A DNA stretch of 51,093 nt from Macrostomum lignano. Taxonomy: Eukaryota. The notes below the pieces were generated by a model. That model ran no database searches. It was given only the letters and a program-made list of their open reading frames with translations, and was not told the DNA's origin. The DNA is taken from assembly GCA_002269645.1 (NCBI GenBank), contig NIVC01004306.1:1-51093 (forward strand), written 5' to 3'. The first letter of the stretch is position 1, and each line of letters opens with the position of its first letter. The position numbers and the translations under genes were made by a program. This document shows positions 39,201-51,027 of the stretch, piece by piece.

Positions 39201-40402
39201 ATCCAACTCATGCAAACTCATCCAGCTAACATTACGCACTCAGATTATGCTGTAGCCCAGTGACACGGGGGGAAGGCCGCACAGGGCGGTGAGCAGTTCG
39301 TCCCGCCATCAATTAGTACAAAAATTAAGCTTCAGTTGCAGTCAGATAAGAATGTGCAGATAAAGATTGGACTGGCACAGGCTGGAGCTAACTTTGCTCA
39401 GCCATCTCGCTGCCACAGAAGGCTCTGTGCTGAATTCTGGATAAACTGTATGTCCATGGACCTGGACATGGACCACTGTAGATATCAAATATGGATTAGA
39501 AACCAAAAATTTATACATGTATAGATAAGGGACTTTTACACAGAAAAATAGCAAAAATACTAGCAATCTGTGCCCCCGCTATATATAAACAAATGCAGCT
39601 TTTGACCTTGTAAATTCGATATTGTAAGTGCCCTAATAAAAAAGATTTTTAAAGCAAAAAAGCATCAGCCCCGAGAGCCAGCTGTCTAGCCTGAGATATC
39701 AACATACCTCATGAGCTTTGGCATCAACGCCTCCCTTTAAGACTTTGGCTTGGCCGACCAACAACTTCCAATTGACCCTTGACATCTCAGCAACCCCCTC
39801 CATGAGCCCCAGCATCTCAGCAATTCAGACGTTCCTACAGCGCAGAGAACTGGACGCTGACAGACTCGCTCAACCAGCAAGCAGACGATTCGCATAGAGT
39901 GGCCGACGAACAAGTCACCAGTGCAGCACTCTATCGCCTCGTTTGTCCAGGCAACCTGTTGCACTGTCGGCGACGCTGCAGGCACCTCACCGGTGATGAC
40001 AGGCTACTCATCGACTGCTGCGTACTGGCTGACGCCGATGCTGACGTCAGCAGAGCGCCCAAGCCTTGAGACGGGCCCTCAGACGCTAACATGTAGAAAA
40101 AAATTAAGTTTCCACTCAACGCCCAGTCCAGTGGATTATCCAGGGATCCATGGATTGCCAAAGCCTTTCCCTATTGGCCAGTGCCGCTCGACGTCACCCC
40201 AGCGAGCCCAAATTGAAGCGGACTGCTAAAAGAAGATAAAACAGCCGCTGCCAGCAGCGCCAGCCGGAACTTTTGCAGCCGAGTGAAGAAAAGCAGAAAC
40301 AGCTTTCTCAAGGGGAGAAAATCACAGCACTGCTGCTTCCCCTTATCCCGCATTGCTCAGGTTAACAGGGTTCGATCCGCAGTCCATCCAAAGGTCACTA
40401 CA

Positions 40403-41740
40403 ATGCCATCAATTACTGACGGCAGCCTCACAGCCAAGCTAGCCGTCCATCTGCTGCTTCTTGTGCTCATCTCGATGCAGTGCAGCTGCTTTCACATCAA
40501 CGAAGGTAAGATGAGGCTCTGGTTAGCTAGATGCTGGCTGTGGGATTTTGTTCCCAGTTTGAAATCTCAGCTATTGGGATATCTTCCCTTACATGTTCGT
40601 ATTTGTTAATTGTTCCAGAAGCAGAGTGCGTGCAGATGTGCATATCAAACAGACTGCAGTGCTGTATGCAGTCGCTGCTCAACTCTGTCCTTAAAGCTGC
40701 TGTTTAACTTGGACATGCGTGCTCTGGCTTAGCACCTTTGTGCCACCAGCTGCTGGGCAAACATTTGCCTTCATTCTCCAATTTGATGTCTCTGAGGCGC
40801 GACACTTTTGGGGGGTGGGACAATTTACTAATTTCTTATCACTTTATCGCCTCTACTGTGCCACCTGGGCAACCAGGGCAACCAGGTGGCACAGACGGCC
40901 ATTCAAAGCCAATTAAATTGTTTTCTAGGTAAAAGCAAGTGAAATTGGTCGATTTCGGGAGGTCTGAAAATAATAATAACCAATTTTGATAATTTGGGTT
41001 CAGTAAACAAGACTGATTTGCAAATTGTCTGGCTTGACATTTTATTTACAGTAGCTTTATTCTCATCTCCTACTCACAGTAGTTAGCATTATAACAGAAA
41101 GTGCTAAAATCAGTAATTTATTAGTAATTCTTTACAATAAGCTCGAATTCAGCTTAGGAAAGGGACTTCCAAATCTGTTCGGGCTCGATGGTTTTGTTTT
41201 AATCTTAAGAAACATCCGGTGATACAAGGCTAAAACAAACTGACTCATTTAAACAAACTGGTGTTTAACAGACGGAATTACGAGAGCTCGTAAAACTCGA
41301 AAGAAACTGACAAATGTCCGTTTCTGGCCTTTTCAACTATGGCTATAAGGATTGTAGCTCCTTTATGGTTTTCCTTCAATAAAAACTCCGGTGTTAATGC
41401 ATTTAAACAAACAGCAATCTCCGACTCTCTGACTACCATAGGCGCTGCTGACAAGGGGGAACAAAATTCTGATGGTATCGAACTCGACGAGGGAGGCGTC
41501 ATCAGCATTGACGACGGCCTCCAGGACGGTCTTGGCAACCGCCTGCCAATCGGTCAACACCCTGCCAAGACTAAGCGCTTCATGTACCACTCGAACGGCG
41601 ACTGTCCAGTGTTCCGTGTCCAGTGTTTCAACAGCTACGACTGCTACAGGCAAACCGGCGACTACAACTATCGCTGCGTGATGCACCGCTGCGCCGTCAG
41701 CTGCTTCGACATGCGGCCGTACATGAAGTCGACGAAATGA
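40403..41740 (+). CDS. Secreted cysteine-rich prepropeptide, copy A (133 aa; exons 40403-40505, 41442-41740)
   Basis: MPSITDGSLTAKLAVHLLLLVLISMQCSCFHINE-G|AADKGEQNSDGIELDEGG...AKTKR FMYHSNGDCPVFRVQCFNSYDCYRQTGDYNYRCVMHRCAVSCFDMRPYMKSTK*. Phase-1 GT-AG intron; AATAAA at 41834; frame conserved in copy B. Confidence 0.8.
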
Positions 41741-42464
41741 CGCCCAAGTCTCATCTGGACTTCAAGCATTGCCTGCCGCGCAATGATGTAAAACTGCCAC
41801 AACCGCTGCGTGCACTCATTGAGATCGGCACTTAATAAAAAATGCAAAACAAAATATAAACCGCTGTCGGGCTAATTTCTGGCTTTGGAATGTCCTGACC
41901 GTCGGAAATCTTCAAGTGCAACAGTACTTAAAGAGCTTAGCAATACTTTGGTATTCATTTCCTCAATGAAAATAGTTGATTAAAACTCTTTTAATCGGTG
42001 AAATTTTACCAATACTACCTAAAAAACTGTGCTCATAATTAACAACCGATTGCCATAGCAGCTCCATCACCATAGCAACTGGATGAGTTCAAAGCACGGC
42101 TTTATCACGATAGCAGCAAATATATTATGCGGAATGGCGATGCAACCAGTATATAATGCATCCTAAAATTTCATAGCACACCAATATTTCCCTCAACTTA
42201 ATGGCCGGGCGTAACGCACTGACTGGAGGGTGAGTTTCAGAGCCGCTCGGGTCACGGATGCCTGAGACAGTCAGTCATAAAGCTCCGTGTCCATTCAGTC
42301 CCCGCGGGAATGGCGCGGACATTCGGAGTCATTTTTACTAGCTGACTGCCATTTCGGTGGGCTGAATAACGCAACTGGAGCAGCTGGGGGGGGGGGTGGT
42401 AAATCTTCCTCAGGCTTTGACTGACCGACCGCACAGAGTGGATAAATAAAGTAATGAGTCTTGC

Positions 42465-42962
42465 ACTGGGATACAAAGGCACTGGGATACTACAAGGGCA
42501 TTGAGATACAAGGGCACTGGGATACAAGGGCACTGGGATACAAGGGCACTGGGGTACAAGGGCACTGGGTACAAGGGCACTGGGATACAAGGGCACTGGG
42601 GTACAAGGGCACTGGGATACAAGGGCACTGGGGTACAAGGGCACTGGGGTACAAGGGCACTGGGATACAAGGGCACTGGGATACAAGGGCACTGGGGTAC
42701 AAGGGCACTGGGATACAAGGGCACTGGGATACAAGGGCACTGGGATACAAGGGCACTGGGGTACAAGGGCACTGGGATACAAGGGCATTGAGATACAAGG
42801 GCATTGAGATACAAGGGCACTGAGATACAAGGGCATTGAGATACAAGGGCACTGAGATACAAGGGCACTGGGGTACAAGGGCATTGAGATATAAGGGCAT
42901 TGAGATTCAAGGGCACTGAGATACAAGGGCACTGGGATACAAGGGCATTGAGATATAAGGGC
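42465..42962. repeat. Minisatellite, 16-bp unit GGGCACTGGGATACAA, in the spacer of the inverted duplication
   Basis: About 31 copies. Confidence 0.94.
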
Positions 42963-44391
42963 CCTCCTTAAAAGAAACTGGTGGCGCCACACCTGAACTC
43001 ATCATCCAATCGACCATGCGCATTTGGCTATCCTAATCAAAGGAGGGGAGGTGTTCACAGGGATTCTTCCCAGTCCAGGTGCATTTGCTCAGTCTCCAAG
43101 TGTCGGCTATACTTGTGGAGCAGATCAGCGGGAAGGCCGCTCTAGTGAATCATGTTTTGCTGCTCCATCTCGGGGGGGGGGGCTACAGACGCCCCCAAGC
43201 GGGGGCTTTGCCAGTATTTCTGTCCTCCGAAAGCAAAATGGAAATCTCTTGTTTCGCCCCACTGTTTGCGCGACTTCTTAAATCAAAATCTAAGATCTCT
43301 CTACTCAATAGTATTTCTAAACGAACTTCATTCAACAGGCCTTGGTAAGAACTCCAGTATTTAATTAACATGGTCTTGTTAGCAGAGAGGAGAAAGGTAG
43401 ATGAGATTCAGAGACTACCATGAAGAAGGGACGAGGCGTACTTGATTGAGTCGGAAATCAAGATGGGAAATGTAAAATTGATAAGAAAAGTCAGAAAAGT
43501 TTTACAATGCAATGAAATGAATTTTGAGAAGTTCTGAGATGGGAAAACAGTTGGTATGCGCGAGGGATCCTTGTAGATGATGGAAAGATGCTGGTAGATG
43601 GGGAACTTTGAGATGGGGTTGTTTTGAGTATTCTGTGGCTAAAATTTCTGGGTTGCTATTAAGATCTTTTGATGTTTAAAACGTCAGTTTTTTTAGTCTG
43701 TTCTGCAGTGCCTCGTATGTCCCTCTCTAGAGTGAAAGTAAAGCAGATCTTAGTGATTATTTAACTGCCTTTCAGATTTTTTTCTTGATTTTAAATCAAG
43801 TCGAGTAAAGTTTGAGTGAAGGTGATTTTTTAGAATCTTCACCTTTGATGACCGATATGTGAGTGATTTGGGTCCAGGTCGAACGCTGACTTTCAATCTC
43901 TGATTGTTCATCTCTGGTCAGTGTCCTCAGTCGGAGAAGTGGCTTCTACATGACATTTCAATTCTAGTAAAAAGGTGGAGCAGATGCCAATGGAATTACA
44001 GAGCTGGAGAGAATAGCCAACTTTGGTGTCACACCCAAGTGTCGTTCAATTCTCGAATCAAGTGCATGGCTTCATTCCCCTTTTTACTTTTTATTAATTT
44101 TCGTACAAGCGGAAGTCGTTAAAACTGTAGATTTTCAAAAAGTCGGTCAACTAACGAAGTTAAATTTTAGTACACAGAAGTTCTTATAATAGAAATGAAT
44201 ACCAAAGTATTGCTCAGCTCTTGAAGCACTGTTGCACTTGAAAATTTCCGGCGATCAGGACATTCCAAAGCCAGGTATCAGCTCGACAATTGATTGAGTT
44301 TTTATTTCGCATTTAAAGTTAGTTTGGATCTCAATGAGTGCACGCAGCGGTTTGTGGCGGTTTTACATCATTGCGCGGCAGGCAATGGGCG

Positions 44392-45525
44392 TCACTTCGT
44401 CGACTTCATATACGGCCGCATGTCGAAACATCTGACGGTGCAGCCGTGCACAACACAGCGGTAGTAGTAGACACCGGTTTGCCTGTAGCAGTCGTAGCTG
44501 TTGAAACACCCCACACGGAACACCGGACAGTCGCCGTTCGAGTGGTACAAGAAGCGCTTACGATTATACTTGACGGTGCGTTGACCGTTTGGCAAGCGGT
44601 TGCCAAGGCCATCGCTAGCTCTGATGACGCCTCCCTCGTCGAGTCCGATTACGTCCAAATTTTTTTCTGTTTCGCCTTCGGTAGTCGGAGATTGCTTTTT
44701 GTTTAAATGTACTTACACCGGAACTTTTTTTATTAAAACAAAACTATCGAGCCCGAACAGATTTGGAAGTCCCTTTCCTAAGCTGAATTCGAGCTTATTG
44801 TAAAGAATTACTAATAAATTACTGATTTTTAGCACTTTCTGTTATAATGCTAACTACTGTGAGTAGGAGATGAGAATTAAGCTACTGTAAATAAAATGTC
44901 AAGCCAGACAATTGGCAAATCAGTCTTGTTTACTGAACCCAAATTATCAAAATTGGTTATTATTATTTTCAGACCTCCCGAAATCGACCAATTTCACTTG
45001 CTTTTACCTAGAAAACAATTTAATTGGCTTTGAATGGCCGTCTGTGCCACCTGGTTGCCCAAGTTGCCCAGGTGGCACAGTAGAGGCGATAAAGTGATAA
45101 GAAATTAGTAAATTGTCCCACCCCCAAGTGTCGCGCCTCAGAGACATCAAATTGGAGAATGAAGGCAAATGTTTGCCCAGCAGCTGGTGGCACAAAGGTG
45201 CTAAGCCAGAGCACGCATGTCCAAGTTAAACAGCAGCTTTAAGAACAGAGTTGAGCAGCGACTGTATACAGCACTGCAGTCTGTTTGATATGCACATCTG
45301 CATGCACTCTGCTTCTGGCAAAATTAACAAATACGAACATGTAAGGGAAGATATCCCGATAGCTGAGATTTCAAACTGGGAATAAAATCCCACAGCCAAC
45401 ATCTAGCTAACCAGAGCCTCACCTTCGTTGATGTGAAAGCAGCTGCACTGCATCGAGATGAGCACGAGAAGCAGCAGATGGACGGCTAGCTTGGCTGTGA
45501 GGCTGCCGTCAGTAATTGATGGCAT
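44392..45525 (-). CDS. Secreted cysteine-rich prepropeptide, copy B (128 aa; exons 45423-45525, 44392-44675)
   Basis: Same signal exon, then G|ETEKNLDVIGLDEGG...YNRKR FLYHSNGDCPVFRVGCFNSYDCYRQTGVYYYRCVVHGCTVRCFDMRPYMKSTK*. GT-AG intron conserved. Confidence 0.8.
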
Positions 45526-46957
45526 TGTAGTGACCTTTGGATGGACTGCGGATCGAACCCTGTTAACCTGAGCAATGCGGATAAGGGGAAGCAGCAGTGC
45601 TGTGATTTTCTCCCCTTGAGAAAGCTGTTTCTGCTTTTCTTCACTCGGCTGCAAAAGTTCCGGCTGGCGCTGCTGGCAGCGGCTGTTTTATCTTCTTTTA
45701 GCAGTCCGCTTCAACTCGGATTCCGACACTAATCGATTTGATAATAATCAGGCAGCGGGTAAAAGTATCGTGTTGGGAGAAATTCGAACTAAGGCACATT
45801 TCCCTTTTTACCGATTTCTTTAAGAATAGTGAATATAAAACTAATGAGTTTATGGAGTGAAAAATTTGTCCTGAAATTGGCTCATTGGGGGATAAACAAG
45901 TGGCAGGTAAAATCATGTTGAAATATTTTGAGCTAAATAACTCGCCATTTTTCCCATTTTCTTCGGGAAAATATACGAATATTCCCAAACGATGAATTCT
46001 GACGTACAAATAGGATTAATGAGATCGGGAAAAATTCTGTCCGGAAAGTGGTTTACTGAAGATTCAGCAAGCAACAGGTAAAAGTGTCGTATCTGAAGAT
46101 TTTTGTCAATTTCTTTGCGAATAATAATTATAGGACAAATGGGATTATGAAGGTCGTGAAAAATTCAATCCTGAAAACCACCTTTCTTGAAATCTGGTAG
46201 TTAGGGATTTTACAAATGGGAATAAAGCTGGTAGATAAGGGGGACGTTGTATGATCTAATTTTTTTAAATTATTCGAATCTTTGAGGCTAAACAATTTTA
46301 TATCAAGTTGTCATCAAGTTATATTGATTGCTTGCTTGCTTTCATAAGCTCAAACTTTAACATAGTCAAATCCTGCTACGAGTTTGTTTGAGTTCGTTAT
46401 TTATTGGTCACCTCCGCTAGCTCACCACTGAAGCAAACTCGAGGAAGTGTAAAGTTTTGAGCCTGTGAAAGCGACAATGTAAATAGGAAAGTGGAAAGTC
46501 GTCGAAGCCGAAAATATTAATTTGTATAAAAAGCTTATAAGATAAAACTATGTTAATTGAATATGAACGGGATAATGTATAAAACTAGGATATTCAATCA
46601 CTATATGTTAGATCAAGACCAGGAATACTTTTCAGGCAATTTTTCAACCTCTGATGAAGCTTAGGAGAGCTAGTATAGTCTTAAACTGCAGTCAGCTATA
46701 GTCTAAGCAGACTTAGCAAATAAAGTTGGCCAAGAAAGTCAAATAAAGAATGAGAGGGAAAGGATCGGATGCGTGGGCAGGTTGCCAAAGGCTTTCTAAC
46801 TTCGAGTATGAAAATCAATAAATCTTGCTTGTTTGCAAGATTTAGCAGCGAGCGCGGCCTCCCCAAGAATTTACGTACCGCGACCTCTGACCTGGCAATC
46901 ACCTGATCTTGCCGACTCAAGAGAGATCGTGTCGTTTGAGCGGCTAATTAGAATGAT

Positions 46958-47820
46958 CAGCCGGTCTCAGACTCAATGGGGAATTGCTCAGCCGGTCTCA
47001 GACTCAATAGGGAATTGCTCAGCTGCCTCAGACTCAATAGGGAATTGCTCAGCCGCCTCAGACTCAATGGGGAATTGCTCAGCCGCCTCAGACTCAATGG
47101 GGAATTGCTCAGCCGCCTCAGACTCGATGGGGAATTGCTCAGCCGCCTCAGACTCAATGGGGAATTGCTCAGCCGCCTCAGACTCGATGGGGAATTGCTC
47201 AGCCGCCTCAGACTCGATGGGGAATTGCTCAGCCGCCTCAGACTCAATAGGGAATTGCTCAGCCGCCTCAGACTCAATGGGGAATTGCTCAGCCGCCTCA
47301 GACTCGATGGGGAATTGCTCAGCCGCCTCAGACTCGATGGGGAATTGCTCAGCCGCCTCAGACTCAATAGGGAATTGCTCAGCCGCCTCAGACTCAATGG
47401 GGAATTGCTCAGCCGCCTCAGACTCAATAGGGAATTGCTCAGCCGCCTCAGACTCAATGGGCAATTGCTCAGCCGCCTCAGACTCGATGGGGAATTGCTC
47501 AGCCGCCTCAGACTCAATAGGGAATTGCTCAGCCGCCTCAGACTCAATGGGGAATTGCTCAGCCGCCTCAGACTCGATGGGGAATTGCTCAGCCGCCTCA
47601 GACTCAATGGGGAATTTCTCAGCCGTCTCAGACTCAATAGGGAATTGCTCAGCCGCCTCAGACTCAATGGGGAATTGCTCAGCCGCCTCAGACTCGATGG
47701 GGAATTGCTCAGCCGCCTCAGACTCAATGGGGAATTTCTCAGCCGTCTCAGACTCAATAGGGAATTGCTCAGCCGCCTCAGACTCAATGGGGAATTGCTC
47801 AGCCGGTCTCAGACTCAATG
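46958..47820. repeat. Minisatellite, 30-bp unit AGCCGCCTCAGACTCAATGGGGAATTGCTC
   Basis: About 28 copies. Confidence 0.96.
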
Positions 47821-48699
47821 GATGTTGCTAATATGAGCTCATTATGATGTCGAGTTAACTCCATGGCATGCAGGTGAGAACAGCCTTGATAGAGACTTTA
47901 AATTTTAAGTTAGGAATAAAAACAGGCAGTCATTAAATTTGAGCCATAATCAAAGCTGATTTTGATTAAAACAAAATTATTTTTATTTGTTTTTGAGCTC
48001 ATCACACGACTGGATTTTGAGCACAGAATAAAATTATATTAGTAATTAAAGAATAGCAAGTTGACTTTTTAGGGTCTAAAATAATCAGCATCTCAACCGC
48101 AACGCTGATAGGCACATTGTTTAGATGTATAGACACAACGATCGGGAACTGTTCCAAAATAGGATTCAACTTAAAACAAGAGCAGAGGCTACAGATAGAA
48201 TTATGCAACAGATGCGTATCACGCTACTAATAAGTAGGAGAGACGTAATTGCGCTAGCCGAAATTGAAGATTTTAGCCTAGGCAAGAGCTTTATATTAAT
48301 AATGTGCACGATTGTATGGCTTTCTTTTAAAATTTCAAAAGTATTTGAAAACAAAAGCATATAAGAAGTGGAAATCTGTAACACTGCTCAGCAAGATTTT
48401 TATTTAGAACTAATAGACAGACAGATAAATCGAGCGATGGGGACATTATAGAATTAGAAAATAACTAAACTATGCAAATAAAAATAGTAGACCGATTTTT
48501 GGATTAAATTTTGGCAGCAGCCATGACGTCAGAGCCAGTACTGTCGGTAAGAGGGAGGCTCTTTAGTCTATGGCCAAGTGTAGTGCTAGTCATCAACAGT
48601 TCGTGTTGCAACGTTGCTGAGACAAAAATATTAGTGGCCATCTATTTCGCTGAGTTCAAGAACATGCTGTCTCCATGACCACATTGCTAGGGCAACAAA

Positions 48700-48960
48700 C
48701 ATTAGTTGCTATGTCCGTTGCTAAGGCCACAAAAATTCTGTTTACATGTCCGTAGCTAAGGCCACAAAAATTATGTTGACATGTCCGTAGCTAGGCCACA
48801 AAAATTATGTTGACATGTCCGTAGCTAAGGCTATACACAAGAGTTGTTATGTCCATTGCTAAAGCTACAAACACTGTTTACATGTCCGTTGCTAAGGCTA
48901 TAGATACGAGTTGATATGTCCGTTGCTAAGGACATCAACAATAGTTGCCAAGCCCGTTGC
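48700..48960. repeat. Degenerate tandem repeat, ~37-bp unit with core ACATGTCCGTTGCTAAGG
   Basis: About 7 imperfect copies. Confidence 0.75.
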
Positions 48961-49136
48961 CAAGGGTAAAATACAGAGTCAACACACGTTACTTAGGTTG
49001 CTACACCGCTTGAAAACAATCCAAGAAAATCCAATAAAATTAAATTAGTCTAATGAAAACAAAATCGAGCATTGGCTTAACAGATAAAGAAATATCAAAT
49101 AGGAAACACACAAATTCACCAGAATTCAACCTCGGC

Positions 49137-51027
49137 TCAGGGGGCATAGTCAAACTTGAACACCGTAGCCTGGCTGTACTTCGATCCGGGCGTCAGCAGT
49201 GACGACGGAAATTCCGGATGGTTGAGCGAGTCGGGATAGAGCTGGGTCTCGAAGCACAGGCCAGCGTGGCGGCTATACTGGCAGCCGCCTTTGCCAGGCA
49301 CCGAGTCAATGTAATAGCCGGTGTAGAACACCAGCACTGGCTGGTCAGTGCGGCAGCTCAGCCTCCGGCCGCTGCTCAGCTCCTCGGCAACTCCGGCAGC
49401 TGGTGCCGATTCGTCATCAACCGACTGACCAGAGGCCGAGTCTAACACGTAGATGTGATCAAAATTGATGCCGTCAGACAGTTTGCGGCCGGCGCCGCGA
49501 AGGTCGGACGGCGTGCCATCAACGGGCAGTACGCGGCCAGTGGGCAGCAGCTCGGCGTCCAGTTCGATCAGACGGGAGCTGGCAAGCTGCCAAAAGTGGG
49601 GATAGGGTAGACTGGATGATGAGGCTGTTTGGGATTGGGGAGGTTGGATGGTGAGGCTGGATGATGAGGCTGTTTGGGGATCGGGGAGGGGGGTTGGATG
49701 ATGAGGCTTTTTGGAGATGGGAATCGGGGAGGCTGGATGATGAGGCTGTTTGGGGATCGGGGAGGCTGGATGATGAGGCTGTTTGGGGATCGGGGAGGCT
49801 GGATGATGAGGCTGTTTGGGGATCGGGGAGGCTGGATGATGAGGCTTTTTGGGGATCGGGGAGGCTGGATGGTGAGGCTGCTTGGGGATAAGGGAGGTTG
49901 GATGATGAGGCTGTTTGGGGATTGGAGGCTGGATTATGAGGCTGTTAGCGGATTAAAGAGCATGGATGATGAGACAGCATAGGATTCGGGAAGTTAGATG
50001 ATGAGGCTGTTTGAGGGCCGTTTGGGGATTGGGGACGCTGGTGATAAGGTTAGCTACATACATGCGCAACCCCTGATTCACACTGGCCGTGCGAATTACT
50101 TTTTGACCAAAAATTGGACTTGCCTGTGAAATGAACCTAGAGAAAGATTAATGCAATTTTTGGTAAACGGCAGGAGTAACTCGGTGGTCTTATTAAGACT
50201 AAAGGCCTAGTCATCTAATTAGTACTACGTCTATTTTTGGGATTAAATAGGCTGAATTAGGAGACAGTTTGAGGATTTGGGAGGCTTGGTGATGAGACTA
50301 TTTGGTGATGAGGTCTGACGAGCTAGGACTTCTAAAAAGATTGGCGGCTGCTAATTCAGTTGATAATATTATCAACTAGGCCATCCTTAGGCTTAAGTCC
50401 CTCCGCATAAGCGCAGTGAATTCCGAACCTGGACTCGATGATTGGAGACGTCACCGGACGAGTGGCCAGACAGATTGAAGTAGGCGTGATTAGTGAGGCT
50501 CACTGGACACGGTCGGTCGCACTCGGCCGAGTAGTTCAACCGCAGACTGTTGTCATTAGAAACTGTGTAGGTGACGGTGACGCGCAGGTTGCCAGGGTAG
50601 CCATCTTCGCCGTCCTTGCTAAGCAAGCTGAGCGTGACGGAGTCCTCGCCCAGATTGTCAATGTTCCACACTGCTCTGGTGAGTCCGCGCTCGCCGCCGT
50701 GCAGACTGTGCCGACCGTGATTGCGAGTGACGCTAACGGGTTGATCGCCCCCAGGCAAGCTGAACTGGGCGTCCTTGACTCGGCCTGGCTGGCGTCCAAC
50801 AACAAAGCCGAAGTAGCACGGACAGCTCTCGTAGCCTTGCACCGTGTCGTAGCCGAGCACGACGTCGGTTGGGGGGTCGCACGGGTTGCGCGAAGGGCAG
50901 TAGAGACTTTGCAGAGCGGCACCATAGGTCAGCACGTGGCCTCGAAGCCGCCAGGGCTGCGCAGTACAATCTTTTGAACTTCGCGACCGTCACTTGTACG
51001 GCCGAATAGTTCGGACACGGCTACCAT
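49137..51027 (-). CDS. GALM: Aldose 1-epimerase (galactose mutarotase); exons 50429-51027 and 49137-49586; 1-nt frameshift near 50938
   Basis: LTYGA.LQSL..P, DVVLGYD, YFGFVVGR, NHGRHSLHGG, DGEDGYPGNL, SLTNHAYFNLSG, LPTG, FDHIY, TDQP.L.FYTG, GLCFETQLYPDSLNHPEFP; phase-0 GT-AG intron; ~349 aa if one base is restored. Confidence 0.93.
49610..50050. repeat. GALM intronic minisatellite, ~33-bp unit GGGAGGCTGGATGATGAGGCTGTTTGGGGATCG
   Basis: About 10 copies with decaying ends. Confidence 0.88.

Larger units (their letters stand above)
40214..45716. repeat. Large inverted duplication (arms ~40214-41962 and ~44192-45716, ~2.2 kb spacer)
   Basis: Reverse-complement identity from TTGAAGCGGACTGCTAAAAG through GCAATACTTTGGTATTCATTTC. 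Confidence 0.93.

Noticed and set aside
42960-44190. Coding or transposon remnant in the spacer of the inverted duplication
   Set aside because: Frames are short and interrupted, and I recognised no domain motif.
41580-44550. Positive selection on the mature peptide
   Set aside because: My count gives 9 synonymous and 9 non-synonymous differences, implying dN/dS below 1. Two sequences cannot show adaptive evolution.
46833-47836. Long ORFs on both strands (AASDSMGNCS, AEQFPIESEA repeats) as a repetitive protein
   Set aside because: The 30-bp unit lacks stops in several frames, so multiple overlapping ORFs arise automatically. There is no unique coding flank or splice support.
50920-50935. 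Selenocysteine or read-through at the TGA in GALM exon 1
   Set aside because: GALM homology continues in a different frame, so a 1-nt indel explains it, not recoding.
49137-51027. GALM as bacterial contamination or recent horizontal transfer
   Set aside because: It has a GT-AG spliceosomal intron with a host-type minisatellite and the same exon composition as neighbouring genes, and animals have native GALM.
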